DNA of 64,000 nucleotides from Patescibacteria group bacterium (GCA_030916565.1 JAUPWL010000001.1:5710-69709), one strand, 5' to 3'. Shown: positions 26,892 through 36,589, numbered from the stretch's first letter. Translations and numbers: made by a program. The notes: generated by a model from the letters alone, not told the origin.

Positions 26892-29600
26892 ATGCAAGAT
26901 TCGTCGACGAACCCCTATATTCCGCAGGAGTCCGAGGATATCCGGCAAAAAGTCTACCTGCGGCAGTCACCGCTAGGTCGTATTGTTAAGTGGTCGCTGA
27001 TACTCACGGTCGTTGTTGCCATCCTGGTTGGGGGTGGGTTATTTTATGTGATTCCACGAACAACCGCAGTTGATCAACCGGCGCGCGTGAAATTAGCCGA
27101 TGCACTGCAGCCACCTGATCAGGTGTTGAAACGTGTTAGCGTGTTGTCTGATCTTGGATTTTCGCTGAACTATGATAACCGTATTTTTAGTAGCTATGGA
27201 GAGGTTGGCGACAATACTGCCGGTAGTGAAAATAGTGCAGCAATTGCTGCAGGTAATACCTACGAAAATAATGACCTACGTGTGACACGCGCTTACAATT
27301 ATGTCCGTATTCGACCGATTGAAAGTGTTAACGCTGCGCGAGCATTGGCACCGCAGCCACCGCAGCTAGAACTATTCGCAACTGTGACAGACAAAGATAT
27401 TACGACTGCGCAAGCAGTTCCAGAAAACAAAAACCTTTCTAAACTGAGTATGTTTGTGAAGCTGGATAGTGATAAGCGCCTTGCAAAGAAAATTGCAGAT
27501 AATAAAACAGTCGTCACGATCGATGCGAGCAAGCCAATTGCCGCGACTATTAGCGGGGTTGATTATCAAAAGGTTCGCTATACGACGACAAACGATAACT
27601 ATCGCGTCTCGAACGTGAAATACGATGACTGCTACTATACGATTCAGTACGATCAGCCATATTCTATCTGTATTACAGGTATTCGACCATATAATGTCAG
27701 TGCGGCGAGTCTGGTTGAGAGCGTGTTTAATTCGATCAAGTTTAATCAACTCGCATCAAAAGCGACACCAGATAGTGCAGGTAAAAAGACATCATATCTA
27801 TTCCCTCTAGCGCGGTTGACCCAGGCAACGGTCAAATCAGATAACGGTGCCACTGATTCATCGGCTGTAACGCTCGATGATACGACAACCGATAGCACTG
27901 GGCAGTCACCATTGCTGACAATTAAACCGAGTTACTATACAGATGCAGATAGTCTGAAATCTATCGCAACAAATCAACCGAGTGTTGTACGTATCGGTAT
28001 GTTGTATTGTTCTAATCTGACGTTGAAATTCGAAAGTGGCGAGACTGCAACAACACTTACAGATGCTTGTGCAGGCAGCATGTCGAGTGGTGTGTTTATC
28101 TCGAAAGATGGGTATATTGCGACGACTGGTCATGCAATTCGTTCACAGAAAAAAGCAGCAATTAACGGATATATCAATTTTGCACCTGATCAGGAAGCAA
28201 TGTTGGATCGTTTGCAGCGCGTCCTCGACTATCTGCTAAAAGCAAAAATTATTCTGCAATCAGATGCCGACTACCTGAAAACCAATGCGGCAATAGGTAA
28301 TCAAGAAGCATTGGCAAAGGTAGAAAACATTGCATCTGTTATCCCAGATAAATTTATTACACCGATTAACGAAGAGTATACCTATGCGATACAGCCTACA
28401 GATAAGCCAATTGTCATCAATCGTAATGACACCAAAAAACCATCGTTTGCTTACTCTGACACGGTCATTAGTGCCAAATACGTCGCATCAAACTACGACG
28501 CGACGAAATCTGTCCAAGAAGTATTTGGTAGTGACACGCCGTCTGTCGATGCTGGACTCTTAAAAGCCGATGGTAGTTTCCCAGAGGTAACAATTGCATC
28601 AACCGAAAATGTCAAATCGAACGATGTACTCAGCGTCATCGGCTATCCTGCTTATACCGACAGTTCTCTGACAATTGACAAACTCCGCAACCTCCCTGTG
28701 GTAACGATGGCAAAAGTTGAGCAGGCGTATAAAGATACGAACCAAACACGATTGATTCAAACAGATGTTCCAGTTTTGCCTGGAAACGACGGTGCGCCCG
28801 TATTCGACAAGAGCGGTCAATTGGTTGGATTCGCAGTGTACGGGTTAACATACTGTCCTGATCAGCAATGTTTTGCTAGTGGAACGATTCGGTCATCTAC
28901 CGAACTAGTCAAACTACTTGGTGACAACAATATTAGCCCTGCAGTCGGCAGTCCTGCAATGATGAATTGGACAAGTGGTGTGAATGAATATTTCCGTTCT
29001 AATTACACTACCGGCGCAAATGCATTCTCGCTTGCTGGTGCCGAATATCCATTCAACCGTTGGGCGACCTCGCTGCAAAAACTCGCCGAATCAGGCATCG
29101 GTACTTCAGTTGATACATCAACGATGAATCAGCTGCAGACAACGATGATAGTTGTACTCATTGTGCTGATAGTACTGACAGTTCTACTCACGATTGCGTT
29201 CTTTGTACACCGAAGCCGCATCAACCGATTGCTTGTTGGACATTATGGCGCAGATGATCAGATTGGAATGATGACACCTCCGCAGCCTCAACCCCTACAG
29301 CCACAGCAGCCAGTTGAAGTACCAGCTGCGCTTCCGCCAATTCAGGCACCCGCACCGACACCAGTCGTAGAGCCGCCTGTTGCTGCTCCTGCGCCTTCTA
29401 TTGATCCATATGGTACGAGTAATGCGATAGATGCACTGACGACACCATCAACCACTGCATCAAGTGATTTTAGTGATGATGCGCAAGAATTAGAAATCTC
29501 GCATGAGACGCATTCTCAAATTCCTGTCGAACCAACCCAAGAGGTACCAAAGCCTGAAAGACCAAATTCAGGCCCTGTCGAAGATCCATTCTACAAATAG
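26892..29600 (+). CDS. large two-TM surface protein with a trypsin-like (S1C/Trypsin_2-type) domain whose nucleophile Ser is Asp, plus a Pro/Gln-rich C-terminal tail
   Basis: N-terminal TM segment (WSLILTVVVAILVGGGLFYVI). HtrA-like blocks are GVFISKDGYIATTGHAI, DAGLLKA and TDVPVLPGNDGAPVFDKSGQLVGFA. A C-terminal TM segment is followed by a PQPQPLQPQQP tail. The track start is GTG 26853; ATG 26892 is preferred. Confidence 0.75.
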   Translation: MQDSSTNPYIPQESEDIRQKVYLRQSPLGRIVKWSLILTVVVAILVGGGLFYVIPRTTAVDQPARVKLADALQPPDQVLKRVSVLSDLGFSLNYDNRIFSSYGEVGDNTAGSENSAAIAAGNTYENNDLRVTRAYNYVRIRPIESVNAARALAPQPPQLELFATVTDKDITTAQAVPENKNLSKLSMFVKLDSDKRLAKKIADNKTVVTIDASKPIAATISGVDYQKVRYTTTNDNYRVSNVKYDDCYYTIQYDQPYSICITGIRPYNVSAASLVESVFNSIKFNQLASKATPDSAGKKTSYLFPLARLTQATVKSDNGATDSSAVTLDDTTTDSTGQSPLLTIKPSYYTDADSLKSIATNQPSVVRIGMLYCSNLTLKFESGETATTLTDACAGSMSSGVFISKDGYIATTGHAIRSQKKAAINGYINFAPDQEAMLDRLQRVLDYLLKAKIILQSDADYLKTNAAIGNQEALAKVENIASVIPDKFITPINEEYTYAIQPTDKPIVINRNDTKKPSFAYSDTVISAKYVASNYDATKSVQEVFGSDTPSVDAGLLKADGSFPEVTIASTENVKSNDVLSVIGYPAYTDSSLTIDKLRNLPVVTMAKVEQAYKDTNQTRLIQTDVPVLPGNDGAPVFDKSGQLVGFAVYGLTYCPDQQCFASGTIRSSTELVKLLGDNNISPAVGSPAMMNWTSGVNEYFRSNYTTGANAFSLAGAEYPFNRWATSLQKLAESGIGTSVDTSTMNQLQTTMIVVLIVLIVLTVLLTIAFFVHRSRINRLLVGHYGADDQIGMMTPPQPQPLQPQQPVEVPAALPPIQAPAPTPVVEPPVAAPAPSIDPYGTSNAIDALTTPSTTASSDFSDDAQELEISHETHSQIPVEPTQEVPKPERPNSGPVEDPFYK

Positions 29601-29816
29601 TCGCTGTGATTTTGACTATCAAAATCGTGATGGACACTATAGAGCTATGTACGTTATAGGGAGAGTCTGTTAACGGAGCAACGTTGTAGGTATCTAGGAA
29701 AGAAGCAACCGTTTTGTTCACGAAACACAATTTGTTGACATTGCAATTAAAAGCAACGAAACGCTACCTGAGCTGACATACTAATCTTTAATTAGATTTG
29801 TCACCCTATTCTGCGG

Positions 29817-29822
29817 TACAAT
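29817..29822 (+). promoter_or_regulatory. -10 box TACAAT, 8 nt before ATG 29831
   Basis: TACAAT at 29817-29822, no SD. Confidence 0.45.
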
Positions 29823-29830
29823 AGACATAT

Positions 29831-30589
29831 ATGACAGACATGATAAAGGTGCGCAATCTCAAGAAGCGCTATGGTAATAAACAGGCTGTAAACGGCATTA
29901 GCTTTACGGTAAAAAAGGGTGAGATATTCGGTATTTTGGGGCCTAACGGCGCCGGTAAAACAACGACCCTCGAAATGATGGAGACACTCCGTCCAATTGA
30001 TGAAGGAACTGTTGAAATCGATGGCATTGATGTTGCAAAACATCCACAGAAGATTAAATACGTGATTGGTGTACAGCCGCAGACACCTGCGTTTCAGGAC
30101 AAAACGCGATTGACGGAAGTTATTGAAATGTTCGCTGCGGCGTATGGCGAAAAAGTTGACCCAATGGCATTTTTAAAGGACGTTGATCTGGAAGACAAGG
30201 CGAAGAGTTTTGTCGAAGATCTATCTGGTGGTCAAAAACAGCGACTAAGCATTACGACCGCTCTGGTCCACGGTCCAAAGGTATTTTTCCTTGACGAGCC
30301 AACAACAGGACTGGATCCGCAGGCGCGTCGTCATCTCTGGGATTTGATTGAAAAGGTCCGCGAAAAGGGAATTAGTGTAGTGATGACAACGCACTATATG
30401 GACGAAGCAGAGATATTGTGTGATCGCATCGCCGTCATGGACAATGGCAAGATCGTTGCCATTGATAGTCCACAAAACCTCATCAAGGCTTTGCTAAAGC
30501 GAGGCTTTAAAAAGAAACAGCACGTTGAGCAGGCAAATCTGGAAGACGTCTTTATTGATCTGACCGGAAAGGGGCTGCGCGATGAATAA
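29831..30589 (+). CDS. ABC transporter ATP-binding protein (ABC-2/DrrA-like)
   Basis: Walker A GPNGAGKTT, signature LSGGQKQRL and Walker B VFFLDEPTTGLD. Confidence 0.9.
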   Translation: MTDMIKVRNLKKRYGNKQAVNGISFTVKKGEIFGILGPNGAGKTTTLEMMETLRPIDEGTVEIDGIDVAKHPQKIKYVIGVQPQTPAFQDKTRLTEVIEMFAAAYGEKVDPMAFLKDVDLEDKAKSFVEDLSGGQKQRLSITTALVHGPKVFFLDEPTTGLDPQARRHLWDLIEKVREKGISVVMTTHYMDEAEILCDRIAVMDNGKIVAIDSPQNLIKALLKRGFKKKQHVEQANLEDVFIDLTGKGLRDE

Positions 30590-31691
30590 ATCTCTCTATA
30601 CTGTTGCAACATTTGTACGTATTAATACCAAACGATATTTCCGTGACAAACTGGCGATATTCTTTACCGTTGGTTTCCCGCTTATCTTTCTATTTGTGTT
30701 CGGTAGCTTTAACTCTGGTAGCGGCGGTGTATCATTCCGCGTGGCGTTTATTAACGAAAGTCAAACTGCTGTCGCAAAGGACTTTGTAAAAAAAGCCGAA
30801 GCGAGCGGTGTCTTTAAGGTTGATGATTCTGCATCGACACTTGATAAAGCCAAAGAGCTTATGACGAAGTCACAACTGGATGCTGCGATTGTTCTGCCAA
30901 AAGATTTCGGTCAAGTAAAAAATGGTGATACATTTCCAAGCGGTCAGGCGAAAGTAATCTATACGCAGAACAACGCTCAGTCGGGAGCTGCATTGATTGC
31001 GGTGATGGATAGCCAGTTCAAGGTGATTAATGGCAAATTGGTGACCATCCAGACACCGTTTACTGTGAAGGGTGAAGAGCTTAAGCAAAAGAGTCTCTCG
31101 CCATTTGATTACACATTTGCGGGACTGCTCGGCTTTTCAATTATCGGTATGGGTATCTTTGGACCAGTCAACGTGTTCCCTGAGCTCAAAAAGATGGGTA
31201 TCCTGCGACGACTCAGCACGACGCCTCTCAAAGTATGGCAGTATTTCTTGTCGACAATGATTGGCCAGGCCGCTATCGGATTGCTCGCACTCGGTGTCAT
31301 GTTCTTGTTTGCCATTACGGTATTTCATCTCAAGATTATCGGTAACTGGTTAGAGCTAGCAATATTCCTCGTGATGGGCATTGTGATGATCCTCGGTATT
31401 GGTCTGGCGCTCGGTGGCTGGGCGAAAAACGAACGACAGGCTGCGCCGCTATCGAACATAATTGTATTTCCAATGATGTTCCTGTCAGGTACATTCTTCC
31501 CACGATTCTTGATGCCTGAGTGGTTACAGACGGTATCGAACTTTTTGCCACTCACACCTGTCATCGAAGGTATTCGGTTGATTTCTACAGAAGGTAAGCA
31601 TCTGTGGGAGATCACACCGCAAATTGGATTGATATCACTATGGGCAATCGTTATTTATATCATTGCATTCAAGGTATTCCGTTGGGAATAA
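30582..31691 (+). CDS. ABC-2 type transporter permease
   Basis: 369 aa with one N-terminal TM segment, a large extracytoplasmic loop and five C-terminal TM segments. Overlaps the ATPase gene by 8 nt. Confidence 0.8.
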   Translation: MNKSLYTVATFVRINTKRYFRDKLAIFFTVGFPLIFLFVFGSFNSGSGGVSFRVAFINESQTAVAKDFVKKAEASGVFKVDDSASTLDKAKELMTKSQLDAAIVLPKDFGQVKNGDTFPSGQAKVIYTQNNAQSGAALIAVMDSQFKVINGKLVTIQTPFTVKGEELKQKSLSPFDYTFAGLLGFSIIGMGIFGPVNVFPELKKMGILRRLSTTPLKVWQYFLSTMIGQAAIGLLALGVMFLFAITVFHLKIIGNWLELAIFLVMGIVMILGIGLALGGWAKNERQAAPLSNIIVFPMMFLSGTFFPRFLMPEWLQTVSNFLPLTPVIEGIRLISTEGKHLWEITPQIGLISLWAIVIYIIAFKVFRWE

Positions 31692-31728
31692 CAATCAGAT
31701 AGTAAAAGACTTTTCAACTAAGTTTTAG

Positions 31729-31734
31729 TATAAT
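31729..31734 (+). promoter_or_regulatory. -10 box TATAAT, 7 nt before the gatC ATG
   Basis: TATAAT at 31729-31734, ATG at 31742. Confidence 0.5.
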
Positions 31735-31741
31735 AACAATC

Positions 31742-32035
31742 ATGACCACCACTATTACACGAGATGACGTGCTTCATTTGGCACAACTTTCCAACCTACA
31801 GCTCAGTGACGGCGAAATCACTTCATTGCAGGCTGATCTCAGTAATATTCTTGGCTATATCAACCAGCTGTCTGAATTGGACACTAGTGGTGTTGAGCCA
31901 ACCTATCAAGTAACTGATCTAGAAAATGTCGGACGTGACGATGTCGTCGTGGCGCATTCTGCTGATAGGGAAGCACTTTTGGCGCTGGCTCCTGATCAAA
32001 TAGACAATCACATCAAGGTTCCGAAGGTACTGTAA
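31742..32035 (+). CDS. gatC: Asp/Glu-tRNA(Asn/Gln) amidotransferase subunit C
   Basis: 97 aa with typical GatC sequence (VLHLAQLSNLQLSDGE). TAATG coupling to gatA. Confidence 0.9.
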   Translation: MTTTITRDDVLHLAQLSNLQLSDGEITSLQADLSNILGYINQLSELDTSGVEPTYQVTDLENVGRDDVVVAHSADREALLALAPDQIDNHIKVPKVL

Positions 32036-33405
32036 TGACGGTTATCGCAGATTATATAGGTAAATCAGCTACCGACAACGTTCGGTTGGCGCTCGATGCG
32101 GCGAAAAACGCTGAACAATACCATGCACTATTATCATTGACCGAAGAACGTGCGCTAGAACGTGCAGCCAAAGTCGACAGTGGCGAAATTACGGGTCGTT
32201 TGGCTGGCGTGCCATTTATCGCAAAAGATAACTTTTTAACATTGGGTGGTACAACGACGGCGGCGAGCCATATCCTGGAGAATTTCTCTGCACCGTTGCA
32301 AGCTACCGCTATTGAACGCCTCGAAGCCGAAGGTGCGATTTGTATCGGCAAGGCAAATCTCGATGCATTTGCACATGGTGGCAGTACCGAGAACTCCGCA
32401 TTTGGACCGACCTTGAACTCCGTTGACCAATCACGCGTTGCCGGTGGATCATCTGGTGGTTCGGCAGTTGTTGTGGCTCTCGAAATTGTGCCGTTTGCGC
32501 TAGGATCTGATACTGGCGGATCAATTCGCGAACCGGCGAGTTTTAACGGCGTGGTCGGTATCAAGCCAACCTATGGTACGGTGAGTCGTTATGGCGTTGT
32601 TGCAATGGCAAGTAGTACTGACACGATTGGATGTTTCACGAATAATGCGGCTGATGCGGAATTAGTCATGGATGTCATGGCTGGCCGCGATGCGAGCGAC
32701 ATGACCACGCTGCCTGATTTCTTTGGTCCTACTGACGTGAAACCTGGTCAAAAAGTTGGTGTCATCAAAGAGTTTATGACCGATGATGTCGATGCTGATG
32801 TACGAGCGAGGGTACATGAGTATATCGAACGACTGAAAGCCGCAGGACATACTGTCGAAGAAGTCAGCCTGCCGATTGTGAAATACACGCTAGCGATGTA
32901 TTACATTATTGTCCCAGCAGAAATTAGCAGTAACTTAGCACGTTATGACGGTATTCGCTATGGTCATCGCGCCCAGGCGTCTTCGCTAGCAGAATTGTAT
33001 GGTCGCTCTCGTGACGAAGGCTTCGTTGCCGAGAATAAACGCCGAATCATGATTGGTAGTTACGTACTATCGTCAGGATTCTTTGATGCCTATTATCTGC
33101 AAGCGCAAAAAGCCCGCACGCTGCTCGTCAATGAATTTAACGCATTGTTCGATACCTACGATATATTGGTTGGCCCCGTCGCGCCAACACCTGCGTTTAA
33201 ACTGGGTGAAAATACCACTGATCCAGTAAAGATGTATCTGGCTGATGTGATGACGGTACCAGCTAGTTTGGCTGGACTGCCTGCTATTAGTGTTCCCGCT
33301 GGAAATACGAGCGAAGGACTGCCGGTAGGTATTCAATTAATTGGTCAACGTCGACACGATGCTGATATATTAGCACTCGCACGCAGTATGGAGGGTAATG
33401 CGTAA
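32035..33405 (+). CDS. gatA: Asp/Glu-tRNA(Asn/Gln) amidotransferase subunit A
   Basis: Amidase signature GGSSGGSAVVVA..GSDTGGSIREPA. Confidence 0.95.
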   Translation: MTVIADYIGKSATDNVRLALDAAKNAEQYHALLSLTEERALERAAKVDSGEITGRLAGVPFIAKDNFLTLGGTTTAASHILENFSAPLQATAIERLEAEGAICIGKANLDAFAHGGSTENSAFGPTLNSVDQSRVAGGSSGGSAVVVALEIVPFALGSDTGGSIREPASFNGVVGIKPTYGTVSRYGVVAMASSTDTIGCFTNNAADAELVMDVMAGRDASDMTTLPDFFGPTDVKPGQKVGVIKEFMTDDVDADVRARVHEYIERLKAAGHTVEEVSLPIVKYTLAMYYIIVPAEISSNLARYDGIRYGHRAQASSLAELYGRSRDEGFVAENKRRIMIGSYVLSSGFFDAYYLQAQKARTLLVNEFNALFDTYDILVGPVAPTPAFKLGENTTDPVKMYLADVMTVPASLAGLPAISVPAGNTSEGLPVGIQLIGQRRHDADILALARSMEGNA

Positions 33406-33821
33406 TGGATAGCGGAATTATTTTGTTGTTTGCAACCGTTCTGGTGATTGGCGTTATCTTGTTTGCAATGATTACTGTTGGTAAACGTGGTAGTCGCCTC
33501 GATGTTGAAAAATATCGTGTTCGGTGGCTGGATATTGAACAGTCTGTCGTCAAAGACCAAGAGCAAAGTTTCCACCTTGCTATTCTCAATGCTGATAAAT
33601 TGGTTGACCAAGCGCTGCGCGACAAGGGCTATCGTGGCCAGACAATGGCCGAGCGTTTGAAGGCAACTCGCGGTCAATTATCACATCGCGAAGAATTATG
33701 GTCAGCGCACAAACTTCGCAACCGTATTGCACATGAATCTGACGTACGCGTTAATTACAATCAAACACGTCGTGCACTCAATGCGTACAAACACACACTG
33801 CGTGATTTGGGGGCTATATAA
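33405..33821 (+). CDS. small membrane-anchored protein with a HEPN/DUF4145-like helical domain (RNRIAH motif)
   Basis: 138 aa with an N-terminal TM segment (IILLFATVLVIGVILFAMI). An Rx4H motif (R105-H110) is encoded at 33717-33734. 1-nt TAATG overlaps with both gatA and gatB. Confidence 0.6.
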   Translation: MDSGIILLFATVLVIGVILFAMITVGKRGSRLDVEKYRVRWLDIEQSVVKDQEQSFHLAILNADKLVDQALRDKGYRGQTMAERLKATRGQLSHREELWSAHKLRNRIAHESDVRVNYNQTRRALNAYKHTLRDLGAI

Positions 33822-35251
33822 TGACGAACTATCTTATGACAATTGGTATTGAATGTCACGTTCAGCTCGCAACTGCGACCAAACTGTTTAGTCCTGCCGA
33901 TAATGATGCTCGTGACAAATCACCGAATAGTGTCGTACATCCTATTGATTTTGGATTGCCTGGTATGTTGCCGGTACTGAACAAACGTGCCGTTGAGTTA
34001 GCGGTTGTTGCCGGTAAAGCAATGAATGCCAAGATTGCGAATATTAGTCGCTTTGACCGTAAACATTATTTTTATCCTGATTTGCCGAATGGCTATCAGA
34101 TTACCCAGATGTATCATCCAGCAATTTTGGCAGGATACGTTGATGCACCAATGGAAGACGGATCGACTGTTCGTGTTCGTATCCATCATGCCCATATCGA
34201 AATGGATGCGGGTAAACTGACGCATTTCGGTGATCATAGTCGTGTTGACTTGAACCGTGCCGGTACGCCACTTATCGAAATCGTTTCAGAACCGGATATA
34301 CACTCTCCACAAGAAGCAAAGGCATATGCTGCTGAACTGCATAAGTTGATGACGTACGCTGGTGTAACCCACGGTGATTTGTATCACGGTAATATGCGTT
34401 TTGACGTTAATATATCCGTGGCACCAGAGGGTGCGACCGAACTTGGTAAACGCGCTGAGGTAAAGAATTTGAACTCGTTCCGCAGTGTCGAACGTGCGGC
34501 AGAGTATGAGTTCCACCGCCAAGTTGCGCTTCTAGAAAAAGGCGAACGTGTCGTCCAGGAAACGCGTGGATGGGACGATGCGACCGGCAAAACAAGTAGC
34601 CAACGCAGCAAAGAAGATGCCCAGGACTATCGCTATATGCCTGATCCTGATATTCCACCAATTGTCCTGACGGATGAAGAGATTGCTACTATTCAGCAGG
34701 GAATGTCTGTATTGCCACCATACTATCGAGATAAATGGAAAGATCTTGGGCTCGACCGTTCGGTTATTGATTCACTACTATCTAACAGGAGCTACGCCGA
34801 ACTAATTGCGACAATACAAGACAAAGCTGGCGATGCTGTCGCTAAGCGTGTTGCTCACTGGTTCTCAAGTGGCGTATCGACAGATGAGAATGCTTCACCG
34901 GAAGAGGTGAAAGAATATACCGCAGATCCGTTCATTGCACTTGCCGCGATGGTCGACGCCAATGAGCTATCAAGTACTGCCGCCAAGGAAGTATTTAATG
35001 AGCTACTTGTTAGCGACCGATCACCACGTGAAATTGCCGAGGCAAAGAATCTACTACAGGTCAGTGACGAAGGCGCAATTGCCGCGATTGTCGATGAAGT
35101 ACTGGCTGATCCAGCAAGTAGTAAAGCCGTCGAAGACATTCGATCAGGCAACGATAAAGCGATTGGATTCCTGGTCGGACAGATTATGAAAAAATCACAA
35201 GGCAAGGCAAACCCGGCATTGGCACAGAAATTGATACGAGAAAGGCTATAA
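33821..35251 (+). CDS. gatB: Asp/Glu-tRNA(Asn/Gln) amidotransferase subunit B
   Basis: 476 aa with motifs IGIECHVQL, FDRKHYFYPDLP and a C-terminal YqeY-like domain. Confidence 0.95.
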   Translation: MTNYLMTIGIECHVQLATATKLFSPADNDARDKSPNSVVHPIDFGLPGMLPVLNKRAVELAVVAGKAMNAKIANISRFDRKHYFYPDLPNGYQITQMYHPAILAGYVDAPMEDGSTVRVRIHHAHIEMDAGKLTHFGDHSRVDLNRAGTPLIEIVSEPDIHSPQEAKAYAAELHKLMTYAGVTHGDLYHGNMRFDVNISVAPEGATELGKRAEVKNLNSFRSVERAAEYEFHRQVALLEKGERVVQETRGWDDATGKTSSQRSKEDAQDYRYMPDPDIPPIVLTDEEIATIQQGMSVLPPYYRDKWKDLGLDRSVIDSLLSNRSYAELIATIQDKAGDAVAKRVAHWFSSGVSTDENASPEEVKEYTADPFIALAAMVDANELSSTAAKEVFNELLVSDRSPREIAEAKNLLQVSDEGAIAAIVDEVLADPASSKAVEDIRSGNDKAIGFLVGQIMKKSQGKANPALAQKLIRERL

Positions 35252-35253
35252 CT

Positions 35254-36147
35254 ATGGAACGACCGACAAAAGCAATTATTGCAGCAGCAGGATTTGGCAC
35301 ACGCTTTCTTCCGCAGACTAAGGCAATGCCAAAAGAAATGCTTCCTGTCATCGACAAACCAATTATTCAGATCGTTGTCGAGGAATTAGCATTAGCGGGC
35401 ATCAAGGACATCATCATTATTGGAAGTAGCAACAAACGTGCTATCGAAGATCATTTTGATGAACCAAACGCTGATTTGCTCGCGAATTTGCGTGCTGGCG
35501 GTGAAAAGAAACAGCCATTTATCGATAATCTCTACGAAGTAGCTAACCTCGCAAACTTTATTTATGTTCGCCAAAAAGGACCATATGGGAATGCGACACC
35601 ACTTGCTTGTGCTGCTCATCTGATTAATAATGACGAACCGTTTATTTATACATTTGCAGACGATTTCTTTGTTGCCAGCCCAAGTCGTTTCCAGCAGATG
35701 GTCGACGTATATGCTGAGAACCAAAAACCTGTCCTGACCTGCAAGCGCGTTGTCGAGGACAATGAATATGATCGCTATGGCATTGTTGCTGGTGAGGAGA
35801 TAGGTGATGGTGTACTCAAAATGTCGCACATTGTTGAGAAGCCAGGCAAAGAGAACGCACCGTCCAATCTTGCTTCTGTCAGTAGCTATCTGCTGACCGG
35901 CGATATCTTTAACTATATCGAAAAAGCCAAAGAATCATACGATGGTACAGGTGAGTTTAATGTGCAGCCAATCATGCAACAAATGATTGATGACGGCACT
36001 GACTATTTGGCGGTAGAGGTCAAAAACGGTCGGTATTACGATACCGGTAATAAATTAGAATACATTAAAACTGTCATTGATTTTGGCCTCCGCAACAAAG
36101 ATATGCGTGATGATTTACGCAAGTACTTAGAAGAAGTGATACAATAA
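35254..36147 (+). CDS. galU: UTP--glucose-1-phosphate uridylyltransferase
   Basis: Motifs AAGFGTRFLPQTKAMPKEMLPV and VEKP. Confidence 0.9.
   Translation: MERPTKAIIAAAGFGTRFLPQTKAMPKEMLPVIDKPIIQIVVEELALAGIKDIIIIGSSNKRAIEDHFDEPNADLLANLRAGGEKKQPFIDNLYEVANLANFIYVRQKGPYGNATPLACAAHLINNDEPFIYTFADDFFVASPSRFQQMVDVYAENQKPVLTCKRVVEDNEYDRYGIVAGEEIGDGVLKMSHIVEKPGKENAPSNLASVSSYLLTGDIFNYIEKAKESYDGTGEFNVQPIMQQMIDDGTDYLAVEVKNGRYYDTGNKLEYIKTVIDFGLRNKDMRDDLRKYLEEVIQ
36137..36145 (+). promoter_or_regulatory. extended -10 TGaTACAAT inside the galU 3' end, 7 nt before ATG 36153
   Basis: TGATACAAT at 36137-36145. Confidence 0.45.
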
Positions 36148-36152
36148 GCAGT

Positions 36153-36416
36153 ATGGACTGGGCATTTATACTTGTCATTATCTTATCAATCTTTCTCGCG
36201 CTGTTTCTGATACTGGGCATTGTACTGGTCGTACTGTTAATCCGTGTGACCCTACAAATAAAGGAAGTGACCAAATCTGCACAAAATACGGCAAGTGCAA
36301 TTGAGAGTATGGTAGCAGGAGCTAGTCGGTTTAGTTCGCCTATGCTCGTTGGAAAAATGTTGTTTAAACAAGCGCAAAAGTTCAAGAAACGAAAGGGTGA
36401 TAAAGATGAAGGTTAA
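36153..36416 (+). CDS. small membrane protein (DUF948-like)
   Basis: 87 aa with an N-terminal TM segment followed by an amphipathic helix. Adjacent to a YtxH-like gene, a pairing I recall from Firmicutes. Confidence 0.55.
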   Translation: MDWAFILVIILSIFLALFLILGIVLVVLLIRVTLQIKEVTKSAQNTASAIESMVAGASRFSSPMLVGKMLFKQAQKFKKRKGDKDEG

Positions 36417-36585
36417 ATTTCCTCTTGGTGCAGCTATTGGTGTTGTTGCGGGTATTGTTGCCGGTGTACTAACTGCACCAAAAAGCGGCAAAGAAACTCG
36501 CGATGATATCAAGAAAAAAGCTGATCAGCTGAAAACCAAAGCAAAAAAAGCAACAAAAGTTTCGAAAAAGAAACTAAAGAAATAA
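36406..36585 (+). CDS. YtxH-like small stress/membrane protein
   Basis: Motif GAAIGVVAGIVAGVLTAPKSGKETRDDIKKK followed by a Lys-rich tail. ATG 36406 overlaps the previous gene by 11 nt. Confidence 0.6.
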   Translation: MKVKFPLGAAIGVVAGIVAGVLTAPKSGKETRDDIKKKADQLKTKAKKATKVSKKKLKK

Positions 36586-36589
36586 CATT

